This document shows, one piece after another, positions 1 to 12,133 of a stretch of 64,000 nt of DNA. The position numbers were made by a program, and so were the translations under genes. The stretch's first letter is position 1; every line of letters starts with the position of its first letter. The stretch spans positions 15,004,001-15,068,000 of the forward strand of contig CM022671.1 in NCBI GenBank assembly GCA_012295275.1, given 5' to 3'. The stretch comes from Chrysomallon squamiferum (Eukaryota; Animalia; Mollusca). The notes under the pieces are model-generated. The model had not been told where the DNA came from. It ran no database searches and worked only from the letters and a program-made list of their open reading frames with translations.

Positions 1-58
1 TATCTTTCTTTGTCTTTGTTTTATTATTTTAAATTATTATTTGCAAAGGCACATTTTC

Positions 59-107
<49 letters not shown>

Positions 108-184
108 TACATATACACATACATACAGTCTTAAAAAGCTCAACCGACAACAGCAACACAAAAAGAGAAAACACTGCTAATTAC

Positions 185-2102
185 CGGCTTTTCTGACAGG
201 CTGTCTGAAAAAATTATCGAAGGCCTGATTATGATCATAATTTCCTACGCCATTATGTAGACCCATTCCTTGATGTACATCATTAAGTCCCTTTCGATCA
301 AATACTGAAATAAAGTTGTATTAATGTATAATTTATAAGACACAGAAATATGTATTATAATTGACTGACATAATAAGGTTTTTTAGAAAATATTATAATG
401 CTTTATAACTGTATGAAAGATGGCAGATACAAAGAATTTACCTCCAAATGAACTTCCACTGTTTTTACCACTGGAAGATTTCGAGGATGTGGCGAAGACG
501 TTGTTTTTAGAGTTTGAAGTGCTCTGGCCTAATCTAGATTCAGAATCTTGAATGTTTCCGCCGGATAACTTTTGATTCCTAAGCGAATATTTCTTGTCCA
601 TATTTGAATTTAAAAGATCGAATATCTTTCTGTTTCCAAATTCTCGATCACCGTGCTGCCCTAAACCGAAATTGCCGTTATCAGCATTCGAAGGAAATCC
701 ATGGAAAGGCTCCATTCTGTTTGTCAAATTCTTTGCTGTTTTCTCCAAAGTTGTGGCCTCCAAATGTGGAAGCTGCATTATTAAAGGACGACAGATCTTT
801 TAATCCTGATCCCGTATTAGACTGAGATCCTTGCATGCTACGACTGAACTTTTTATTATAATCTCGTCCATGATTTTGGAACATGTTGCCAAAACCTTGA
901 TTATTCAGACCATTATTATATCTATTTACGCCTTGTATATTTTCCTGGTTACTGGGAACATAATTTTGTGGAACTTGGGAAACGTATGGTGACTTTACAT
1001 TTCCAGTATTGCTATGGGTATCTGATGTATGTGAAGGATAATTAATTTGTTGTGATGGTGTTGGAACGTCATTCGGATTCTTTTGATTAATTGCATTCTG
1101 AGGATAATGACCGTTTCCTTGAGCGGGATTTTGTGGCGTTGGAATGAAACCTGCGTAAGGATTTGCATACTGGTTTGGATAACCGTAACCCACACCAGGT
1201 GGATTTTGAACAGGATAACGGTTTCCTTGCTTTTCGCTAAAAGGCCGGGCATTGTACTGTTGGAAGTTGTTTTGCAACGTTAATGGCTTGTTCACATCAA
1301 AGGCTCCTGATGGGGCTCCTGGTATCGCATGCCGATGATTCACTTGCTGTGGGCCTGGGTTAACGCCTTTCTTACTGGAAAGTAGTTTTGGCACGCCACT
1401 GCCTGTTAAACCATGCGGGTTATTACCATCAGCGTTAAACATGTTCAAGTCCAAGTCAGAGAGGAGGTCTTTGTGTTCGCCACTGTCATTTCCAAATCCT
1501 GCCAAGAGACCGTGATTCATTACCTTGCTTAGGTTGTCTTGAATGCCTATTGATTTACCGACATCTTCTAAAGGAACCGTGCATGACGATTTACAGTTAA
1601 AAAAGTTGCCGTCTGCTTCTGTGTAGCATCGGAAAATGTATCCTTTAGGGTATCTTTTGCACAGTCTGTGTTCTGCAAATAACGAACAACACAACAATAA
1701 TAATGTAACAGTAATGCGAAACAAATTATGTTAATCTTTGATTTTTGTGCACTATAAACTAAAATTTTATAAACTTAATTCTGGGCATACTGATATAGTT
1801 TTAATAATATGTTTTCATATATTTTATATCACAAAACAAATCGTTTTCTTCGATTTTAGATCGTGTAAGAACTGATTTTAATTTTACTAAATGAGGGTAG
1901 ATAAAACTTATATATATGAGTTTGTTAAGATTGGAGATACTAGATGTTTTGTTAGAAATATGGTTTACATACATACATACATACATACATATATAAATAC
2001 ATACATACATACATACTTACATACACACATATACACACACACATACACATATATAACACGTTAACCCTTTATTTGTTCACGTATTATTCTTTCATATAAA
2101 CC

Positions 2103-2134
<32 letters not shown>

Positions 2135-4770
2135 TAAATTTACATGTCTCTTTTTCGTAAAATTACCTTCAGTGACATTATTGCTGATATCGTCACATAT
2201 ATTTGGACTGATCGTGATGGCCTGTGGTGGAATATATTCATCATCACACTGACCGTCGCTTCCGTGATTCGTTCCTGCGTCGCATGAAAAACAGTACTCG
2301 CCAGCTGAAAAAAGAGTTTTCAACAAAAATTTGTTAATTTAAAATAATAATTTAAAAATTTAATATATAATACCGTGTTATATTTCACGACTTCAAACAC
2401 CTGTCTGTATTTGAGAAGATAGGTGTACGTATGTGTATTGTAAATAGGTGAGACGATAAAAAAAAATCTTGTGTTTATTTATTTATTAAATTATTGTTAC
2501 GATGTTATTTTCTTATCAACTGTTCAGGTGCAATGAAGCATTAAAAGACTTTGTATATTGTAATTATTTCCCTTTGTATTAAACTTAGTTGCAAATAGAG
2601 TAGTGATTGAGAAACTTTAATAATTTAATATTATTATTATTCCTCTTACTGGTGTGTTTCTTTACATCTATATGTGTATTTACGGTTTTAGATATAAATA
2701 CTTCGATTTTATTATTAAAACCTGAATTATGAGATAAATACGTTACACGTTTTTCTTATCAAAACACCAGTCAATCTAATCTTTGGCTTGTTACTGTTTT
2801 GTGAGGTGGAATCAGAAAACTTACAGTAATGCATCCTGCATCTGGCGGATGATTTCTACAGTTTTAACATTTCAGATCGTAAATTATGAACAGAGCAGAA
2901 ATATGACAAAGACAATCCAAATAGCTGTTCATCTTAATGAAGGTGTAAATGAAAATGACCAAAATGACGAAAAGCTACTCAGTAACTTTGATAGCTGGTA
3001 AGATAAATTCTTAATTGCAGAGACGGTAGATTATGTGACTGTTGCACTCTGTTGCTAATGGTCGTTTGTACCAGTCTGTCGTGAGCTTTCGGACATTATC
3101 GTATACTTAGATAATGCAGACACATTGTTGGGAATTTTCAAAAGTTACCATTATATTTAAACTATCGACAAATTAAGATATTACTTATTTACTTGAGATA
3201 TTTTTTTAACATATCGTAACCAAAGCTGAACTACCACTCACTCAGAGATGTGAAGTTCTCATTAAAAATTTTGTGATCGTTCGCAGGTGTCAGTTTCATA
3301 AGAACTACTCTCGACGATCTTATCACAAGCTGTCTAGGGGTGAAAGGTTCAGGAATTTTACAATTTTATTTAATTTCATAGTTTTATTTCAAACAAGACT
3401 GATAATAACTTTCATTTATTAACTAATACTTTGAATATTACAGTTTCGGAATTTGACGTTCTATGATAGTACGTGTTAATTTACTACCGAATGAATATTA
3501 GAATTGATATATATATATATATAACCCTACTCCATGTCATTTGTGAAGAGAATGATCGTGTACGGAATCCCAATAGGTGTTAATATTTACAACGTCAGGT
3601 TAAGGCGGTCAGTTTTAAGTGCTATATAGAGGAACTTAATCCACAATCACCTAGTTCAAATATGAAGTCGCAGAAGATTCACTTCCTAAGTCAGATAATT
3701 GTGTGTGTGTTTTTTTTTTTTTTTCCCTTCTCCTATTTAGATAAACACGTCATTTCTCTCAAGTTACTGACATCCAAAATTGTGCACTGATTATATGAAT
3801 GCAACATTACGTCCGAATACGGTTAAGTAATCCTATTGTTATTTAATCTCTCGTTATTTTAAGTACAGAGATTGGAATTCATAGGGTGGTTCCTCTGTCA
3901 ATTTAAAATGAATGAAATGATTATGTCAGTCAGGTACTAAACATTTAAAAGTAATAAAATATCAGATTACAAGGACATTGAGTGAAGATAGCTCATTCTG
4001 ATAATTAACATGCTGAGAAAAAAATGTGAAATATTTACAGCATTTTGTTAACAAGTAATGTCTAAATTCATATAATATCATTTAAAATGTATTTGCGTTC
4101 TTCTTATTATTATTATGAATATATTTGTGGTTAATATTTCTTAGTTTCATAATTGCTTTTGTTTTGTCTTAATTATAAAATCATTATTATTAACATTTAT
4201 GTAAATAAAATAATAAATTAAAGCAATTATTTAATAATAATAATAATAAATAATAATAATAATAAGCCGCTTCTGTAAATAATAGTAGTAGTATTTATTA
4301 TAATTTGAATATAGGATAGAAGCGTGCGTAAAATCTGTACAGAATTAAATTAAATGATTAAAATTTAAAAAATATATTTGACCAATTCTTGATTTTCTGT
4401 TTCTATGATGTTTCTTTTTTTTTTTTTTTTATCCCGCGAATTTCATATGTATAGTTTGGAGTATCTGACATTTCAGTTTATACATGATCCCTGGCAAGAG
4501 TTCCGATTTTAGAATCAACCCTTGTCTTTTCAATACATAAATATCTGGCTTATTTCTGAACAAAACACCACCAAATTCACAGAAATCAATAAAATAAAAT
4601 AAACTGCAAGTTTTACTGCGCCAAAAATGGCGCTCAAAGTATATTATATAGTACAGAAGTAAAATAAAACAACTATTTTAAACTTAATATTTCTGTATGT
4701 TATTGCAGTTACCTCCCATTCCGCGACACATTTCCAGCAGGCAGGCCAGAAATACACATAGGATCTTCAT
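185..4770 (-). CDS. Secreted protein with an N-terminal Cys-rich domain and a long Asn/Gly/Gln/Pro-rich low-complexity region (3' end lies beyond the left edge of the window)
   Basis: Exons 4770-4713 (MKILCVFLACLLEMCRGMG, signal-peptide-like), 2304-2167 (GEYCFSCDAG...C...C), 1672-442 (LCKRY...RCY...CKSSC, then N/G/Q/P-rich) and 304-185 (VFDRKG...VRKA). All junctions are GT-AG and phase 1. A +1 frame break near 705-707 joins ORF 681..1724 to ORF 383..778. Putative 5'UTR exons at 5231-5217 and ending at 5501. Confidence 0.75.
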
Positions 4771-5126
4771 TCTAAAATGAAAACAATACAATGTATCTTG
4801 CATCTTTTCTTCGTAATAGACAATTTCACTAGTACTTTACAAGGGTATGCAGAATTCTCGAAAAAGGGAACTGCTGGAATTATCAAATTGTTTTAGATAT
4901 AACTTTATTTTTATAAATCACCATAGTGTATTACAAATGTTTTATTATATTTGCGTGATATTTTAAATTGATTTTCTGGATCCGTTTAATTAGATATCAT
5001 TTCATTTCGTTGCAAAAAGTAATTCGTTTAGGGAATTCTGCATATCAATGTATATAACAACAATTACAGAATTTGTTTTTGTTCAACTCTACCATTGCTG
5101 CTACTACTGCTATTACGATGCTACTA

Positions 5127-5169
<43 letters not shown>

Positions 5170-8032
5170 TTAATAATAATAATAATAATAATAAAACATA
5201 AATAAATAAAACTTACCAAAGAACTTGTCAGCTGGAGATATAACTTTCATTGTACTATTTTTACTACTAACAAAATGTAACTAATGAATTCAATTAATTT
5301 TATGAAATTTAAAGATTAATTTAAATAACTTTAAATTTTAATTTATGATAAAATGATATCGCATAGATTGTCAATAAAATGACAGTCCTTTTTTAATATT
5401 ACATTTAACAGTTTTAACATTAATGTTAACTTACAGTTATAAAATGTATATAAGAAAATAATGATAAATTTAAATTAATAAATGAAATACATACATTTAC
5501 CTGTTGTTCTCCGAATTGTTTCTAAAGATATTTCTTCTGCACGTGCAATATCCCGTTGCCGAAAACTGGGATGCTCTGTTCCAAACGCGTATCTCGGACA
5601 GCGGAGTTTGTCTGTCCCGGAGTTTTATTGAAATATATTATAAAGCAACAAATGTCGCTCAAGTAATAAAAGTTAAAACTCTGCAGAAGATTGAACTCCG
5701 TCACCCTTTAACCAATAAAACAGATTTATAAACCAGCTTCTTAGAATTATTGTTTTCTTCGATGTGACATTTTTGTTTATAGCTGTATCTAAACAAATAC
5801 ATTTTTATTTCATTTTATTATTGTTATTATTATTATTAATTTTTTTTCTTCAGCTATTTACTGTTTTTCTGATTCTATTTAAGCCTATGTGCTTATGTAC
5901 TAAATTTTTTTTTTCTAACTATTTCAGTATATTTCATTACTGTAAAAATAATTTACTACACAAAGCAAAATAACATCTCCTCCTCCTTCTCCTATACCTC
6001 CTCCTCCTTCTCCTCATTATTATCATTTCTTTTCTTTATTTCTTCTTTTTTTTCTTCTTCTTCTTTTTTTTTTTTTTTTTTTTTTAAATACCACTACTGT
6101 AGTATGGTACAGTTATATCGCATTTGTTGGGTGACCGACATATGAAGCTAGCAACTGTTAAAAAGGAGTCATTTTTACAAGAAGAAATGATAAAAACAAA
6201 TAGATAATGTTAGCCATGTCTATATCAATTTGAAAGACATCAGTAATACATTAGAAGCATCGTTTACCTTGATAGAGATAATAGAATTTTAACTTCCTTA
6301 AAGTTGTTTCCAAAACACAAAACTATCATTAATCCATACTGTGTATTTGATTAATTTTGTCATTTGAAATATGCTTATCGCGAATATTGTGTGTACAAAT
6401 GTATGTATATGTGTGTATGTGTCTTCATGTCACTGTAGTATAAACTGGGTGTCTGTGTGTATGTGTGTGTATCATGTTTTTGGGTGTATATACAGTATAT
6501 CTCTGCGTATAAAGTGCTCATTTTATTTTAATAATTTTTAAAACAAATACAATAAACAGATTTGAAACATTATCAATCTGTATCATCATTCACACAGTCT
6601 TAAAATATCTTTAGTCACGTTTGGTTTAATACTTTTTCTTTCTTTTATCAAAAAAGCATTACTAAATAACAAAAATAAAATAAAATAAAATAAATTAAAA
6701 TAATTAAATAATAAAAATAAAAAATGTTAAAAGAAAGAAAGAAAGGAATATCCAGTCATAAAGAAACATTTTATAATACAGGCTGCATAATAAAAATCAC
6801 AGGATGAAATGAATATTTAATATATTTCGCTCTTTCATGAGTTATTTTATTATGACATCAAAGAAAGGACGAATAAGAAAAAAAAAAAATAATAATAAAA
6901 AGAAGAAAAAAGAATGCATATAAAAATTTAGTCGATATTCATGTTTTGATAGATGTAAAATATAAAAAGCAAAATTTATATTCTTTTAAAATTAAAATTA
7001 AATTTTATTATATTTTCGATTCATTTTCATTGTTGCTTTTATTCTAATGTTATTTACTATTGTTATAATTTTTAACTGATAACGTTTTCCACAAAAGGGG
7101 TAAATGACTTTAATTGTTTTTATTTATTATAATTTATCATATAAATATTGGTACTTTTAATTATTATTTAGTTTTTTATTTTGACATGTTATGAGTGAAT
7201 GATTTATTAATGTTACGATTTTCTATTTCCATTTTTTATTATTAATTTTTTATCTCTCAGAAGGTTTCACTACCATCGTATAACTAATTAATCAAATAAA
7301 TAAATAATTGTCCAATCAAATTTCATGTTACATCCTTCAGGAAAAAGATGGCTCCCTCTTTCGGTCTTTTTATATGGAGGACTATGACAGGTAATATTAT
7401 TGTTTTCAAAAAATTATTATTTTTTCAATTTGTTTTTGACCAAAACTATAATTTAAAAAGAAAAGAAAAGAAATTATAAAAATCACTAAAGATAAATTAC
7501 GATAATGAAGAACTCATGTTTTGGAAAGAACATTTTCAAACTAAATAATAAATTTGGAGTATACTTTATTTTTATTTACTTTTACTATAATTGTTGTTAT
7601 TTTATAGTATCATAATAAAATAAAAGTATTATAAAATTTCCGTTCACAAAATACTATTTATTTCTAAAATGTACAGTGACCGAAACAGTAAGGATATAGA
7701 TAATAGCTAAGACCAATGCTCTGTGACAGGTTGTATAATTTGTGTGAAAGAGGCCGTTCGATAGTTACGTAATGTGTTAGATGTACAAAGAAGAGTCGTC
7801 AGCTGGATTTTAAAACGGAGAATAAAACAAAAGTAGTATATGGTATCCACTATACTTTTTAAAACTTAGTATTTTCCAAGAGAAAAGAATTCATTATATT
7901 CATATTTGCCAGCTCATACTAATCGTAAAAGATATAATTGTTGATATGAATGTACATAACAGCACGCTTGAGCGAATATTTAGCTTTTCTGTACTAATAT
8001 GATAGCAATACATATGCTTTTAATAATAATAA

Positions 8033-8063
<31 letters not shown>

Positions 8064-8099
8064 AAGAAGAAGAAGAAGAACAAGAAGAAGAAGAAGAAG

Positions 8100-8132
<33 letters not shown>

Positions 8133-8789
8133 AATGTCTTCTTAAAATACCAAAAATCTGATACATAAAATCTTATATTAATATTTTTTATGGTTCAAAA
8201 ATCAGTAACAGCCGTTGTTTTGTTTTGATGGTGAAAATTTGCAGACGGAGGCTTTCTAATGTAAACATCGATCAAGGCGCAGCTTGACAGTGATTGATAA
8301 CTGATCAATTTCCACGAAATTCAGGAAGTTGATCACTAAATAACTAAAGAAATTATTATAACGGTTTAAAAATATATTTGACTCGTCCGCTGTATAATCA
8401 GGGATCGTTTCCACGATCACAAAATGAAGAAACTTTAGCAGAACACTCTGGAAATTTAGCATCACGGTTTTGAAAAATATTACAATAAGACTAATGATAG
8501 GCCTATATTTTACTCAGAACTTATGACAGGTTTGTAAATAACATTGCAGAAAAAACAACAATGAAAGCAGATTTTGGATTTTGCATATGAAAACATTATA
8601 CACACATCCGTACGTACACAAAAGATGAGGCTTTAGCGGAGGTTTAACTAGCGATTGAAACGAAAACGACGCTGTGAATAAAAAGTTCTCGGCGCGATTC
8701 GGGGTATTGTCACATAAGTATAGAGGAAACGCCTTCTCGTCATTTCGCTAACGAAATATTCGTTTGCATTGTAAGGGGAAAAAATAATA

Positions 8790-9990
8790 ATAATAATTAT
8801 CTATTAATATTAACAGAACATTATTTGATTTCTAGATATAATAGAAATGTTTCTGTTTATTTTTATTATTTCTTTATGCTTTTACTATTACTGTTGTTCC
8901 CATTTTAAGACCACTTCTTGATCTCTCACTCACTTTTTAGATAATGTTAAATTATTCTTTATTTTTATTTTATTTTTTAAAACTTGTTAAGACTATCAAT
9001 TTAGGTTCACGTCAGTATAGAAGATACTGTTATTATTTGTTTGTTTATTTTGGGAAGGGTGTGGGGACGCTGGAACCTTTGCGAAACCTTCCATCGTAAC
9101 TTTTTCTAGCTACAAAGAAGAATTCATTATTATTATTCTGTCCAATTTACTCAGTAAACCTTCTACCAAAGCAGAATAGCGTTTTTGCATTACATTTTAT
9201 GATAAGAAATAATATAATAATACATAATAATCTGTGAGTATTAACATAATATTATTTGGTTTCTAGACATAATACAAATGTTCTGTTTAAATGTTGTTCT
9301 CATTTTTAGATTTCTTCTTGGTTTCTCATTCATTATTTAGATAATGTTAAATTATTGTTTATTTTTCTTTCTTTCTTTTTTTTTCTTTTTCTTTTCTTTT
9401 TTTTTTTTCTGTCTTTTGTTCAGATTACCAATTTAGGTAGACGTCAGTGTAACAGAGATTATTATTTTTATGATTTATTTATTTTATGAAGTATGCAGAG
9501 GATGTAGAACCATTGCGAAAACCTTTCATTATAATTTTTTTCTGGCTAGAAATAAGATTTCAATGTTATTATTTATGTCCATTTAACTCTATCAAAGCAG
9601 AATAGCGCTTTTTCTTTTCGCTTTTATTGTATTTTATGCTAAGAAAAAAAAATAACATTAATAATAATCTATTAGTATTAACAGAATATTATTTGGTTTC
9701 TAGATATAATAAAAACGTTTCGGTTTATTTTTAAATTATTTCTTGTACATTTACTGTTGTTCTCATTCTTTGGTTTCTTATAGTTTTTAGACAATGTTAA
9801 ATTATTCTTTATTTTAATTTTTTATCACTTGTTCAGACTATCACCTTACGTACACGTCATTACAGTAGATACTATTCTTTAAATTATTTATTTATTGTGC
9901 AGGGGTACAGGGGCAGTAGAACCACTGCGAAAACTTTAATTATAACTTGTTTCTTGCTAGAAAGACGGTTTCAGTGTTACTAGTTTTGTT
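8790..9990. repeat. Diverged tandem repeat, about 3 copies of a ~435-bp unit
   Basis: The motif ttaacagaa(t/c)attatttg(g/a)tttctaga(t/c)ataata recurs near 8810, 9241 and 9678, followed by matching blocks (ga(t/c)aatgttaaattatt, acgtca, gaacc.ttgcgaaa). Confidence 0.85.
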
Positions 9991-10536
9991 TACTTTCATC
10001 TTTGTCGCTCCATCACTTTTCTTTCCGTTTATTTTTCCATCTTTTTTTTTTTTTATAGTTGGATTTTTTTCTTTTCAAATTTTTATTTAAAAAAAAAAAA
10101 AAAAAAAAAAAAATTCTTTATTTTTGTGGCGTTGTTTAACACAAGAAAACGTTACAGGTTGATGTTATTAAATTCTAAATTCTTAGTCTCAGTTTCATGA
10201 AATTTGACTGAATTTGTGGATTTTTTGTATTCCATTTGTTTTCTAACTGTATCTTTGACTTACTAAAACCGAGCTGACATTGGCACCAATTCTTCTTCCG
10301 GGTTTTTAGATCGATCTCCATGTTGTGGAGTCAAAAAACAAATTATGCGATATCAGTCCCGTTAAATAAAAATAAAAATAAAAATAAATAAATAATTACA
10401 AATTTAATGACATCCGACTATATTGATATATAAAGTACCTCTAAAAATATCATCCTTTTTAAATAAAATACGATTATTAAAGCGGTTACAGTTGTGCCAG
10501 CAATTATTAGAATTAGCAGATTCAGTTCAGTCTAGA

Positions 10537-10547
10537 GTGACTCAGCA
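10537..10547 (+). promoter_or_regulatory. Candidate ARE / AP-1 element (GTGACTCAGCA) upstream of the UNC93-like gene
   Basis: Exact match to the RTGACnnnGCA CNC-sMaf consensus with an embedded TGACTCA, 40 nt before a strong donor (CAG|GTAAAT near 10587) that may end a 5'UTR exon. Motif only, no functional evidence. Confidence 0.25.
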
Positions 10548-11137
10548 AAATCATACAAAAAATCACAGTGTGTGGATATCTGTCAGGTAAATCTCATCAC
10601 GGTAATATGATTCGCGTGTCTCTGTTGTACTGAAGTTTCTCATCTTCGTTGAACATAAAAAACGGTGTTTGGTTATAAAGTATTAACTCATTTGTACTCG
10701 TTTTTAGTATCAAATTTCACGTCTTAGTATATAGATGACAAATATATTATTTATTATATTAATTAGATTTTTTTTAATGTCAAACGTGTTCACGTACAGA
10801 CCTGTCTATCAGGTTAACAAATAAACATATTTTATGAAAATTCATTTGAGCAAATACGTAGTTTATAACAAGTGTGTGTGTGTGTGTGTTTTGTTGAATA
10901 TAAGTAAATAAAATTACAAGCTCATTTGTTAAGCTGATAGCAAAAAATAAAAAATAAATAAATAAATAAAAAAGGAATAATAAAATTTTTAAAATTCTTT
11001 GTGAAAAATTAAGTCGATGTTTCTGGGGTGGGGAATAAAGTTTAAAACTGTTTCATAAATTAGAGTTTACCCAAATTCAAGGGTACCTGTGAATGAAAAA
11101 TGAACAGAATTGTTTGTTTAACACTAGTGTACTAAAT

Positions 11138-11172
<35 letters not shown>

Positions 11173-11678
11173 CAAACATCGTGGTTATCGTTAGATTGGC
11201 GCCGCTCACTGATCTACTCAAAAAGAACAATTTTGAATCCTATATATATATATGATTCATTTAGATCTGTTTATATATAGGCTGATAAGGTAAATTCAAC
11301 TTATTCTAATACTTAGGAAGATTTTGTCAACACATCACGTCTATTCCATAATTAATTATTGTAATTCAGTGCAGGCGTAATAGAAATAGCAACCGGTAAT
11401 AATTGATTGTAATAAATCAAAATAAATAAATAAATAAATAAATAAATAAATTTAATTAAAATAATAAAACAAAAATAAAATTAACAAAAATTTAAAAATA
11501 ATAATCCATGTTAAACTTTTCCTTTCCAAATAATAATCATAATATTACATATAAAATAAATAAAACTAAATTTAATGATGAAATATGAATTTTTACACCC
11601 ATCTTTAACAAAACAATTTTCTTTTAAAATGTCTTTTATTCTTTTTTCTTTTCTTTCTTTCTTTCTTTTATTTATTTA

Positions 11679-11715
<37 letters not shown>

Positions 11716-11773
11716 TTTATTTATTTATTTATTTATTTATTATTATTATTATTATAACTTTTATTTATTTATT

Positions 11774-11845
<72 letters not shown>

Positions 11846-12133
11846 TATTGTTACATGTAAATAGCCAAATTGAATTTTACCATTTCTGAAGGCATTATTA
11901 CTTACATCTATGAGCATATTATGTGTCAGTGTGTGTGTGTGATAAAGTAATTTGTTGTTAATACTTTTATTTATTGAGAAAGCCAGTTTTTTTAACATTA
12001 GGAGGTATAGCAAGCTAATCTCATTGATCTGAAAATTAATACTGATGGAACATTTTTTTAAATATAAATCCTTATGTATTGCAGGTTTAATACCTACATC
12101 ATCCATTCTAACTTCCTTTGGAATTGTAGTGAT

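Noticed and set aside
1673-1724. Apparent signal peptide MFRITVTLLLLCCSLFA at the start of ORF 681..1724
   Set aside because: It starts at a non-ATG codon and is the translated polypyrimidine tract of an intron ending TTTGCAG. The likely signal peptide is at 4770-4713.
5504-5731. 75-aa ORF on the + strand
   Set aside because: Non-ATG start and no recognisable motif; it overlaps the probable first exon and promoter of the minus-strand secreted-protein gene.
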